A stretch of 64,000 nucleotides of DNA from Lama guanicoe (lineage: Eukaryota). Within the stretch, counting starts at the first letter, position 1. Every line of letters begins with the position of its first letter. The position numbers and the translations under genes were made by a program. The notes under the pieces are model-generated. The model saw only the letters and a program-made list of their open reading frames with translations, searched no databases and was not told where the DNA came from. This document shows, piece by piece, positions 51,171 through 61,824 of the stretch. The DNA is taken from the NCBI GenBank assembly GCA_013239625.1, contig MU053482.1, positions 4,415,775-4,479,774 on the forward strand, written 5' to 3'.

Positions 51171-51629
51171 GTATGGGATTTCAACCGCAGTGACCTTAAA
51201 TCCCTTATCAATTTTACCTCCTAAAAATACCTTAAATGTGTCCACCCCATTGGTTTCCAAGTTACCATAATCTCTTGCCTGGACTATATCAAGAGCCTCC
51301 CAACTAATCAGCCTGCAAGTTCCTCGTGGGTAAGGACTGCCATTGCACTCCCAGCTCAATCAATCTGCCTAATAAAATGTAGGAAGTGGAGGGTCAGGGT
51401 AGAGACAGGAAATGAGCTAGAAATGGAAGGAAACCTTATTTTGCATTGAGTCCTGCTTCTTTGCAAGTGACAATGCACCAAAGTTAGACTGTGTGGTACT
51501 TTGGCTTATGTATGGTTTACAACGTGATTCTCAGTACTAATCGAACTCAGTAATTAGCAAGTTTCTCCTGAAAATGCCAAGTTTAAATTCAGAAAGAACC
51601 ACCTGCCAAGGGGAAAAAATAAAAGACTT

Positions 51630-52095
51630 TCATTCATCCAATGCATTTTTGAGGACATTCTACCCGAGGCAGTGTGCTCGACACTGGAGACAAAAAGGTG
51701 AATAAGACTGACACAGTCTGCTGTCTCGGAGCTAACAGTGTAACACGAAAAGCAGTCATTAAACAACTAATTACAGACTAATTATTTAATTGCAGTTTTG
51801 AAAATGCTGTTAATAGAGAAATATAGGAGAATGACACCATATCATGGTTTGAGATGGGAGGCATGAAATCAGAAAATGCTTCCCTTAAGGAAATGACATT
51901 TAAACTGAGTGGAGTTCAGCCCAGAGAACAGGTAAAGCAGAGGAAATTATGTGTTCAAAGACCCTGGGGCAGAATGAAATACGAAAGGACTAAAAGTCAG
52001 TATGTCGAGAAGAGAGAATAAAGAGAAGAGTAGTGCAAGCTGAGCTGGGGGAGGCAGGGGCGGAGGGGAGTGTAAGCAGGGGTAGATCAGAAGGA
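51630..52095 (-). mobile_element. L2 3' region
   Basis: TTCATTCATCCAATGCATTTTTGAGGAC...GGTGAATAAGAC...TGTGTTCAAAGACCCTGGGGCAG. Confidence 0.8.
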
Positions 52096-53074
52096 CCTTT
52101 CACACTAGCAGTCTAAGCAAGTGATAGGATTAAGAGACAGAAGATGACACCACAAGCAACTGGGAAGAGATCATCAGACACAGAGAATAAATAAGCTGTC
52201 TCCCCAGTTCTGGGAGAACAGGTGCTCCCTGGCCAGTGGATGGAGCTCTGATTGATCTGGCTTTTTGGGGTTAATTTGCTCTCCTACTCAGCTCTGACAC
52301 CGCAGTCACTAGAAAGCCACAGATCTCAGTAAATGACATGGTGTTTCCTTTCCAGCATCCTTAGGGCAGGTGTGGCCCATGGACAGGCTGGAGGTACTCC
52401 TGGATACCTAGGACATGGGTCTGCACTTTGCCCTGGCCATGTGGCCAGCCTCTTTCTTACGCCAAGATTTTGCATTCCAGACAGGAGCCCTGCCTATTCC
52501 TCCATCCTGAGCTGTGCAGAGGGGTTAATCCGCCTGTTAATTTTCCACATGAAGTAATATGCACAATGAAGCACAAACGAGAAACAGGACACCAACACTG
52601 TCTCCAGCTGAGAAATCAATTCATACTTGAAATTACTCTGGGTGACCCTACTCACCACTGGGTTCCTATTTCCATCTATCCTGATTTGTAGAAAGCTGTC
52701 CTCCTGGCGCACGCAGCCCCCAAGAGTGCCCTGGGAGGTTTTGCTGCTGCACCCCAGTGGCACACTAATGGCCCAGTGAAAGGAGCGCCAACATTGAAGG
52801 CAGAGCATCCCCAGGGCAGGCAGGCGACAGGATTACACAGCTCGGGTAACATGGCCTGCTGGGCCTGTGCTCAGTGTCAGCTGCGGCATCCAACAGCTTG
52901 AGCTCTGGCAGAATAATATCTGGGGTTCAGAGGCCACTCCCCTCTCCCCACCACCCGATAGCTCAGCTGACTAACTGTCTGGATCATTTATTCATTTCAC
53001 AAACATATACATGAGTGTCAGATACTCTGCTTGGTTCAGAGAAGAGAAAAAGATGAAAAAGATCCCATGGATCT

Positions 53075-53245
53075 TAACACTGGAGTTTAGAAGAAAAAAA
53101 AAAGCTGGGCTTATGTCCCAGCTCTTCCTTCCATTTACTAGATATGTGACCTTACGCCAGCTATAACCTCTCTGTGCTTTAAGTTCGTTATCTGTGAAGC
53201 AAAGACAATCTCTACTTCCTACAGTGGTCATAAGGGTACACATAT
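53075..53245 (+). mobile_element. MIR SINE
   Basis: CCATTTACTAGATATGTGACCTT...TAACCTCTCTGTGCTTTAAGTT. Confidence 0.75.
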
Positions 53246-53339
53246 ACAAACAAAACTAAGCTTCCATGCACTGGCTTGTCACTGCATCACATAAAAGAGA
53301 TAGCGTGGGTTGTCACCAGAGATGGAGATTATAATTGGG

Positions 53340-53665
53340 ATGATCTCACATAAAATATAAGCCATGTGAAAAGGCCACACATTGTATGATTCCATTTATA
53401 TGAAATATCCAGACTAGGCAAATCCGTAGAGACAAAGCATATTAGTGGTGGCCTGAGGCTGGAGGGAAGGGGGAATGGGAAGTAACTGGAACAGGGTTGA
53501 ACAGGGTTTCTTTCAGGAGTGAGAAAAATGTTTTGGAGTTAGATGGTGGTGATGGCTGTACAATTCTCTGTAAAAGAAATCACAAAATTGTATGCATACT
53601 TTAAAGAGATGACGTTTATGGTATGTGAATTATATCTTTTATCAATAAAACTATTATTTTAAAAA
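53340..53665 (+). mobile_element. L1MB-like 3' end
   Basis: ATTGTATGATTCCATTTATATGAAATATCCAGACTAGGCAAATCC...TTTATGGTATGTGAATTATATC. Confidence 0.88.
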
Positions 53666-53889
53666 TATATGTGTGTGCATATGTGTGTGTGTGTGTGTAT
53701 ACCATGTGGCATATATAAAATTCACTTTGGAAGTATCTCAGGAGGAGATACATGCACTATAAATCAAGATGATGCAGATAGAAAAAAACAAATGGTTGAT
53801 TCGAACATGAGCCAGGAGCAAAGGTTTCAAGAACAAGCAGCAGGACCTGCAGGTGTTAACACACAACCCTGATGCTGCTCACATAGGCA

Positions 53890-53969
53890 GCCCATCTCAG
53901 ATTGGACCAGCCACATTTCAAGTGTAGGAAGCCACCCATGACTAACGGTTATCATATTGGACAGCGCAG
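53890..53969. mobile_element. MER3/MER33-like hAT fragment
   Basis: CCAGCCACATTTCAAGTG...TCATATTGGACAGCGCAG. Confidence 0.7.
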
Positions 53970-55795
53970 TTTTAGAAGAAAGACTGAAAAGGAAGAAAGG
54001 AAAGACACACACACTAATGGAAAGCATGCTTTCCAATTCTACCTGACTCCACCTCACCAAGCCCTGCCAGACAGGTGGCACGAGCTCCATTTTTGACAAC
54101 TGAGCAAACTGAGGCTTAAAGAAGTTAAGCAAGAATAAGGAAAGGGGAGTTTTATTTTCAAGCTGGGAGAGAAGGTGACTGAAGGGAGGGGATTGCAAAG
54201 GTAAAAAAGAGGGGAAAGATGATGGGCAGAGGCAGGTTCCAGAGGATGTACGTGGAGGGTCACTTAAGAAGGACAAAACCCCACGGGATAGATGCATTCT
54301 ACATATGATGGCAGAAAGCGTGCAGTTAGTTTCACCAATTCTCTCATGCCAGAACCATAAGGATGGTAGAGAGACACTCCATCATCACCTGGGACAGGCT
54401 TGAATATGAACATCAACAAAACTATGTTTCCACTCAGTAGAAGCTGAGATCCCTGCTACAAGGATTTGTACTGATGGCAGGAAGCAGCCCACGCCGTTCA
54501 CTTGGCATCTCCCGGCTGCCTTCTCCCTCTGACCTTACCGACACCCCACCTGCACCCCAACAGCAACAGCAGCCCTGGCCTCTTTCTCCTTCCCCTCTCC
54601 AGTCCCCTTCTTTCTCCTCGCTTTAGCATCATCTGATTCCTTTTCTCTGCAAGTCTTTATTTCCAAGCCTCTTTCCTCTCCATCTTCATAAATAATCCAG
54701 GAGAGGCATTCTCAACAGCTCCTCTTTCAAGTGAGTAATTTGAGTGGACCTCTCAGAGGTAGGTCTCCTCCCTACGTCATCCATCAGATACAGAATGGAG
54801 GGGGTGGGGGGACATGATGCCCACTCCCTCTTCTGCGGCATTTTCCTTTCAGACGTGGAACAGGTGTGCATCGGGCAGATGTGATGGGACTCCACTCAGG
54901 CATGGCTGTTGGTTCTGCCTCAGCAGGCTCCCTGACTTTCAGGAAGATACTGCTCTCCCCAACTTCTTAAGATGTGTTTTTACAACCCAAGGAGTAGGAA
55001 GGATGGAAGAAAGCCAAAGTCTAGTTTAGTTTCCAGCTCACAGGACTCCCCAGCCGGCAGTAAGTCAGGCAGCTTGATAAGGTGAAAAGGCCCCGGGCTT
55101 TTATGTTTTCAGACTTGAGCTTGAGTCCTGATTCTGCTTTTTCTTAGCTTTGTGGCCTTGGGCAAGTTACTTAATACCCTTCCCTCGACCCCCAGAAGAT
55201 TGGCTGCCTCATATTTTAAAATTAAATTTTTGTTTTAAAGCTGTTTGGGCCAGTTACAACTAAAAGACAAAGTGCACAAACAGACCAGCTCTTCATCTCC
55301 TCTTGACTATTACTTCCCCTCATTCCTTTCTTTGGATAAGAAGAATGTCAGACGAACTCTGTAGGCCAGTGTAGACAGGGGTTATGAGCTTGTAGGACTA
55401 GAGACCTTGTGTACCACCTCATTCTCACCCCATGGTCAGTCTCACTTGCTTGTTCAGAATAACACCCAAGCTGAGCCAAAGCGATGGCAGCCTTTTCCCT
55501 GATCTTGCATCTTTTGTCAACAAGACCAAAAGAAGGCCAAAAACTCCACCCCCAGTCCTGAGTGTGCAGGCAGGGTGGCCTCCCACAGTTCCCTTTATTA
55601 ATGAAGCCCCGGTTAGTTTTGCAGCTCCAGCATTAAAACTCCAATTACTGACACCTGAGAATCTCTCTGGGGCAGTGTCAGGAAGGGGGCAGGGAGGAGG
55701 AAGTTGGGGCCACAAAGATTTGGAGGTTCAGCAAACTGAGACACTCAGTTCTCTCCATACTTAGCATCTAAAATGGTAACTAAAATGTAGCTGGC

Positions 55796-55951
55796 AAAAA
55801 AGAGCGAAAGAAAGAGAGAAAGAGAATGAAAGAGAGAAAGAGAAAGAAAGAATGAAAGAGAGAAAGAAAGAAACAAAGAAACAAAGAAAGAAAGAAAAGG
55901 AAAGAAAGAAGGAAAGAGAGAGAAAGAGAGAAAGGAAGAAAGAAAGAGGAA
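55796..55951. repeat. GA-rich low-complexity tract
   Basis: Degenerate (GAAA)n/(GA)n. Confidence 0.9.
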
Positions 55952-56299
55952 GTTAAATAAATAAATAAGTGGCATGCAGAGCAACTGAAACAGGATATTC
56001 AAAAACAGAGAGATGTGAGAGAATATAGAATGTTCAGGAAACTGCACACAATTTGGTTTTGTAGAAATGTAACAACGTATCTCTAAGAGAGATAGTGGAG
56101 TCCAACCAAGAGAGCTTCAGCAAGCTCTATGTACCCACCCAAAGGCAGACCCAGGACCCAGACAGGGGCTCACACCCCATCCCAGAGTCCTCCCTCCTTG
56201 CCAAGATCCTCACCCAAATCCCCCAGTTGCTCACACTCTGCTGCAGCCGGTTTTCCTTTCCTTCTGCTGCTCATCCTTCACCTTCATGGAATATGCCAT

Positions 56300-57722
56300 T
56301 ACAATGTTCGCATAGCTTTATTAATAGACAAAAGCTGGAAACAACCCAATTGTCATAAAGGATGAATGGATAAACCAAATGTGGTATATCCATCCAATGG
56401 GATATTACTCAAAAGCCTAAAAAAATAAACTAATATACACAAAAACATGAATGACTCTCAAAAAACATTATGCTGAGCAATGGAAACTAAAGAAGAATGA
56501 AATAATCTTGAAAGTAAAATAACTACCAGCCTAGATTCTATACATAGCAAAACATTTCCCAAAATTATAAGCAAAATTACTGTATATTAAAGACAGTGAA
56601 AACAGATTAATTTGTCAGAAATATTAATGAAATTTTCAATACTTTGAACTATATGATAATGAAAACCTAAGAGAGCAAAATTAGTGGGATGCAGCTAAAA
56701 GGATGCTTAGAGAAAAATTATACCCTCAAAGTGCGTATTTTAAAAAAGAAGAAATTTTGATAAATCTAAGGATCTATCTAAAGAGTTGGGGAAAAAACAT
56801 CCAAAAAGAAAAAGAAAGGGAAAAAAATATTAAGATGAAAAATAAAGAAATAACCATACAAAAAGATTAACAAAGCCAAAAGTTGGTTCTTTCAAAAGAC
56901 TAACGAAATGCATAAATCCCCATCAAACTGATCAAGAAATAAGAAGAGAAAATACAAATAACAAAGAGGATAAGTAAATGGAACATCACTACAGATCCTA
57001 AGATCCTATAACCATTAAAAAGATAATGATCACTGGGGGAGGTATAGCTCAAGTGGTAGAGTTTCTGCTTTGCATGCGTAAAGTCCTGGGTTCAATCCCC
57101 AGTACCTTCACTAAAAATAAATAAACTTAACTATCTACCCCCAAAATAAAAAAAAATTTTTTTAAAGATAATAATCACTATAGCTTGCCCAGAGTGAAGT
57201 GTATCATTCAAATAGCCTTGCAACTATTACAAAAATTGTATTATTTTTAAAATTCCCTGAAAAGAAATCTCTAGGCCCAAATGGCTTCACTGGAGAATTA
57301 TACCAAACATTTGAAGAAAATTTAACACCAATTTACAAAATATTTCCTAGAAAATAGAAAAGGAGGGAATTCTTTGCAACTCTTTTAAAGAAGCCAAAAT
57401 TACCCTGATACAAAACTAGACAAAGCAGTACAAAAAAAGACTACAAATCAATATCCCTCATAAATACAGATATAAATATTATTATTAACAAAAAAGTCTT
57501 GATAATGCTGAAATAAAATAACTGCCAGCCTGGATTCTATACAAAGAAAAACACTTTCCAAGACTATAAGCAAACTTACCATATTTTTAAATTAGTAAAA
57601 ACAGATTAATGAGATAAATTCAGCAATATATAAAAAGTAGGCTATATCATGACAAAGCAGTGTTTATTCCTGGAATACAAAGGTCAATATTCAAAATCAG
57701 TCATTGTAATCCAACATATTTA
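56300..57722 (+). mobile_element. Old L1M relics (3' UTR, ORF1-like and ORF2 pieces)
   Basis: GGATGCAGCTAAAAG, AAAGCCAAAAGTTGGTTCTTTCAAAAGA, CTAGGCCCAAATGGCTTCACTGGAGAATT. Confidence 0.85.
57035..57163 (+). mobile_element. tRNA-Ala-derived camelid SINE (vic-1 type)
   Basis: GGGGGAGGTATAGCTCAAGTGGTAGAG...GTCCTGGGTTCAATCCCCAGTACC; 16-bp TSD AAAGATAAT(G/A)ATCACT at 57019-57034 / 57164-57179. Confidence 0.93.
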
Positions 57723-57817
57723 CAGGAGACCAACCTATGAAATGGGAGACAATATTTGTAAACGATACAGCTGACAAGGGCTTAATTTCCAGAATATGTA
57801 AATAGCTTCTACAACAT

Positions 57818-57849
<32 letters not shown>

Positions 57850-59320
57850 AAAACTCAATTCAAAAATGGGCAGAAGACCTAAGCAAGAAATTCTCCAATA
57901 AACACATAAAAATGGCCAATAGGCACATGGAAAAATGCTCAATATCACTAAGTATCAGAGAAATGCAAATCAAAACTACAATGAGGTATCACCGCACACC
58001 AGTCAGAATGGCCATCATTCAAAAGTCCATAAACGATAAATGCTGGAGAGGGTGTGGAGAAAAGGGAACCCTCCTACACTGTTGGTGAGAATGTAGTTTG
58101 ATGCAGCCATTATGGAAAATAGTCTGAAGATTCCTCAAAAAACTAAAAATAGACATCCTATGATCCAGCAATCCCACTCCTGGGCATGTGTCTGGAGGAC
58201 ACTCTAATTCAAAAAGATATATGCACCCCAAAGTTAATAGAAGTACTATTTACAATAGCCAAAACATGGAAACAACCTAAATATCCATCAACAGATGACT
58301 GGATAGAGAAGCTGTGGAATATTACTCAGCCATAAAAAGAGTAAAATAATGCCATTTGCAGCAACATGGACGGAACTAGAGATCATCACTCTAAGTGATA
58401 TAAGCCAGAAAGAGAAAGAAAAATACCAAATGATATCACTTATATGTGGAATCTTTAAAAAAAAAAGACACAAATGAAATTATTTACAAAACAGAAATAC
58501 TCACAGACATAGAAAACAAACTTATGGTTACTGGGAGGAAAAGGGGTGGGAAGGGATAAATTGGGACCTTAGGATTTGCAAATACTAACTACTATATATA
58601 AAATAAATAAATAACAAATTTCTTCCATATAGCACAGGAAATTATATTCAGTATCTTGTAGTAACCTATAATGAAAAAGAATATGAAAAGGAATATGTGT
58701 ATGTATATGTATGACTGAAATATTAGGCTAGTGTTATTCTAAGTGAAGTAAGCCAGAAAGAGAAAAATATCATATGAGATTGCTCATTTGTGGGATCAAA
58801 ACAAAAAAAAAAAAGAACATAAATACAAAACAAAAACAGACTCATAGACATAGAATACAAACTTGTGGTTGCCAAGGAGGAGGAGGGGGGGAAGGGACAG
58901 ACTGGGAGTTAGAAATTTGTAGATACTGACAGGAATATGCAGAATAGATAAATAAGATTATACTGTATAGCACAGGGAAATATATACAAGATTTTGTGTA
59001 GCTCACAGTAAAACAGAATGCGACAATGAATACACGTACATTCATGTATAACTGAAAAATTGTGCTCCGCACTGGAAATTGACACAACATTGTAAACTGA
59101 CTATAACTCAATAAAATAAGTTTAAAAATAATAATAATAATATAAACAAAAAACAAAAAAAACAGGCTATACACCAGAAATTGACACAACATTGTAAACT
59201 GACTATAACTCAATAAAAAAAGTTTAAAAATAATAATAATAATAAAAACAAAAAACAAAAAAAACAGGCTATACACCAGAAATTGACACAACATTGTGAA
59301 CTGACTATACTTCAATTTAA
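57723..59320 (+). mobile_element. Lineage-specific L1 3' portion containing a nested younger L1 (58731-59163) and a 102-bp duplication
   Basis: ORF2 tail (AAATGCTGGAGAGGGTGTGGAGAAAAGGGAACC) and 3' UTR broken at TATTAGGCTA (58730), resuming as AGGCTATACACCAG. Confidence 0.92.
58731..59163 (+). mobile_element. Younger 5'-truncated L1 3' end
   Basis: TTCTAAGTGAAGTAAGCCAGAAAGAG...GCACAGGGAAATATATACAAG..., similar to 18919-19305; 6-bp repeat AGGCTA at 58725-58730 / 59164-59169. Confidence 0.88.
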
Positions 59321-59339
59321 ACAAAATCGCATGAGAGAA

Positions 59340-60030
59340 AAAAGAAAAAATAAAATAAAATACATAGGTATGAAACATATAGCGATTATCCTGAAAATCA
59401 TAAAACTCTGAAAATGAGATCTAAATAAATGGAGAGAGATATTGTGCTCATGGATTTTAAAACTCAACAATAGATGTCAATTCTCCACAAAACAATGTAT
59501 GTTGGTTTAATGTAGTTTTTAATCAAAATCTCAGCAAGGCTTTTGAGAACATAGACAAGCTCATTCTAAAATGTATATGGAAGGGCATAGTTATAAGGAA
59601 CTAAAATGGCTGAACAGATTTTGAAAAAGATAAATAAAAGAGAAGGAATCACTCTACCCAATTTTAATACTTATTAGGTACTGACAGTAATCAAGACTAT
59701 GCAGTATTGATAGAGGAGAAGACACATAGATCAATAGAACAGAATAAAGAACCCAGATATAAACCCACAGAAATATACCCAATTGATTTTCAACAAAGGT
59801 AAAAAGCAACTCAATGGAAGATTTCTCTTTTCAATAAATCATGGTGGAGCCACTGGATATGTATCAGCCAAAAAAAAAAAAAACTTCACATAAACCTCAC
59901 ACCTTATATAGAAAATAATTTAAAATGGATCACAAATTTAAAAGTAAAATGTTAAACAATAGAACTTTTAGAATAAAACTTAGGAGAAAATCTCCAGGAC
60001 CTATGTCTTCCTAAATATTTATTAGTTTTA
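59340..60030 (+). mobile_element. Old L1M ORF2 relic
   Basis: ACAGTAATCAAGAC...CACATAGATCAATAGAACAGAATAAAGAACCCAG...CCTCACACCTTATA. Confidence 0.85.
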
Positions 60031-60049
60031 CACTTGATTGAATAACTGA

Positions 60050-60216
60050 GAGAATGTAAATGGAAGAATACTGCAAAATGGCCATTGCTTCCCATCTGTG
60101 CTCCAATACTCATGAGACAATGTCCTTAGTAGCCCACCCTAATTGGAAACATCAGAAGGGAATTCTGGGAAATTCTATTTCAGGTTAGCTAGGTTAACAC
60201 ATCAAAAACCATCACA
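60050..60216. mobile_element. Old MaLR LTR (MLT1-like) fragment
   Basis: GAAGGGAATTCTGGGAAAT...AGGTTAACACATCAAAAACCATCACA resembles an MLT1 terminus. Confidence 0.55.
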
Positions 60217-60217
60217 A

Positions 60218-60360
60218 GGGGGACAGTATAGCTCAGAGGTAGAGCACATGCTTAGCATGCATTAAGGTCCTGGATTCAATCCCCAGTACTACCATTAAAA
60301 TAAATAAATAAACCTAATTACCTCCTCTGCCTCCAAAACATATAAACAAAAAAAAAAAAA
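60218..60360 (+). mobile_element. tRNA-Ala-derived camelid SINE (vic-1 type)
   Basis: GTATAGCTCAGAGGTAGAGCACATGCTTAGCATGCA...GGATTCAATCCCCAGTAC...(TAAA)n CCTAATTACCTCC, A13 tail. Confidence 0.93.
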
Positions 60361-60583
60361 CCTTTAGAGATTAGAAAAAGGATATAGGTCAGAAAGTCAA
60401 ATCTGCATAAAGAAGAACATAGATGAAGAATAAATGAAGGTAAAAATTTTTAAAAAGCCATCAGACATTACATATATATATGTCCATATATATATATACA
60501 CACATATAAACTTAAGTTGACTCCACACAGTACCTTACCATACCACAATACCAAAAAGCAATTACGAATGCACTGTATATCTA

Positions 60584-60924
60584 TTTTTTAATTTTATTTT
60601 TAATATATTTTTATTGAAGTATAGTCAGTTTACAGTGTTGTGTCAATTTCTGATGTACAGCACAATACTTCAGTCATATAGGAATGCACATATATTCATT
60701 TTCATATTCTTTTTCATCACAAGTTACTACAAGATATTGAATGTAGTTCCCTGTGCTATACAGGATAAACTTGTTGTTTATCTATTTTATGTATATTAGT
60801 TAGTATCTGCAAACCTCGAACTCCCAGTTTATCCCTTCCCACCCTCTTCCGCTGCTGGTCTATTTCTGTTTTGTAAATAAGTTCATTTTGTCTTTTTTTT
60901 TTTTTAGATTCCATATGTAAGTGT
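60584..60924 (-). mobile_element. Lineage-specific L1 3' end, antisense
   Basis: TTATTGAAGTATAGTCAGTTTACAGTGTTGTGTCAATTTCTG...; degenerate TSD GAATGCACTGTATATCTA 60566-60583 / GAATGCATGGTATATATCTA 60925-60944. Confidence 0.9.
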
Positions 60925-60944
60925 GAATGCATGGTATATATCTA

Positions 60945-61710
60945 AATATAAAGGGCAAGGCAAGAAATCTTCCAGAAGAGAACATAAATAAACATCTCCA
61001 TGACCTTGAGGTTATGAAGTATTTCTTAAACGGGGCATAAAACTTACTAATCACAAAGAAAGTGATTGATAATTTAACCACATTAAAATTCAGAAAATCT
61101 ACCTATGAACAGACAAGACATAGACTGGAAGATTTAAGAGTATGAAAACAAGCCTCAAACTAGCAAAATATATTTGTAATATGTATATATAACCTACAAA
61201 GAATGGTATCAATAATATATAGAGAATATCTTAAAAACTGAGAAAAAAAAGAGTCAAATAGAAAAAGAGAATTTCCAAATCACCAATAAACATATAAAAA
61301 AGATGTTCTTCAAAGAAATGCCAATTAAAGTAACAATTAAATACTAATGTCCACCCAACAGAATGGCTAAAATTTAAAAGATAAGCTATATCAAATGTTG
61401 TCAAGGAAATGAAGCAACTAGAACTTTCAGATCCTACTGCAGGAAGTATAAATTTGTTCAACCACTATAGAAGACTATTTGGCAGTGTCTACAAAAGTTA
61501 ACTGCATTTATAACCCATGATTTAGCAATTTCATCAATGATGTTAAAGTCATTGGGTGCCTTCATGAGTGTTGCTAATATTCTATATCTTGACCAGGCTA
61601 GTGGTTACATGGGTGTGTTCCCTTTGTGAAAATCCACCAAACTCACTTAAAATTTATGTACTTTTCTTTATCAATGTTACTTTCAACAAAAATGTTATTT
61701 AAAAGTTAAA
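60945..61710 (+). mobile_element. Old L1 (L1ME-like) 3' relic
   Basis: CAGAAGAGAACATA...CCCAACAGAATGGCTAAAATT...GTGGTTACATGGGTGTG. Confidence 0.75.
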
Positions 61711-61774
61711 TTTGAAATGGTGATAATTAGCCAATACAAACACAAAAGGGACAAGAATGTTTCAATGTAGATTG

Positions 61775-61824
61775 CCCCAGGGAGGATAACCAGAAATACC
61801 CCAGGGAGGATAACCAGAAATACC
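61775..61824. repeat. Perfect 24-bp tandem duplication
   Basis: CCCCAGGGAGGATAACCAGAAATA x2 plus CC. Confidence 0.95.

Noticed and set aside
52047..52082. Possible G-quadruplex with four G4+ runs
   Set aside because: Lies within a decayed L2, has a 10-nt loop, and nothing else supports function.
57035..57110. tRNA-Ala gene (also at 11585, 26730 and 60218)
   Set aside because: Mutated stems, SINE body/tail and TSDs show these are SINE copies.
59075..59297. 19-bp repeat at exact 102-bp spacing, CRISPR-like at first sight
   Set aside because: Spacers are near-identical, the repeat is L1 3' UTR, the DNA is mammalian, and there are no cas genes.
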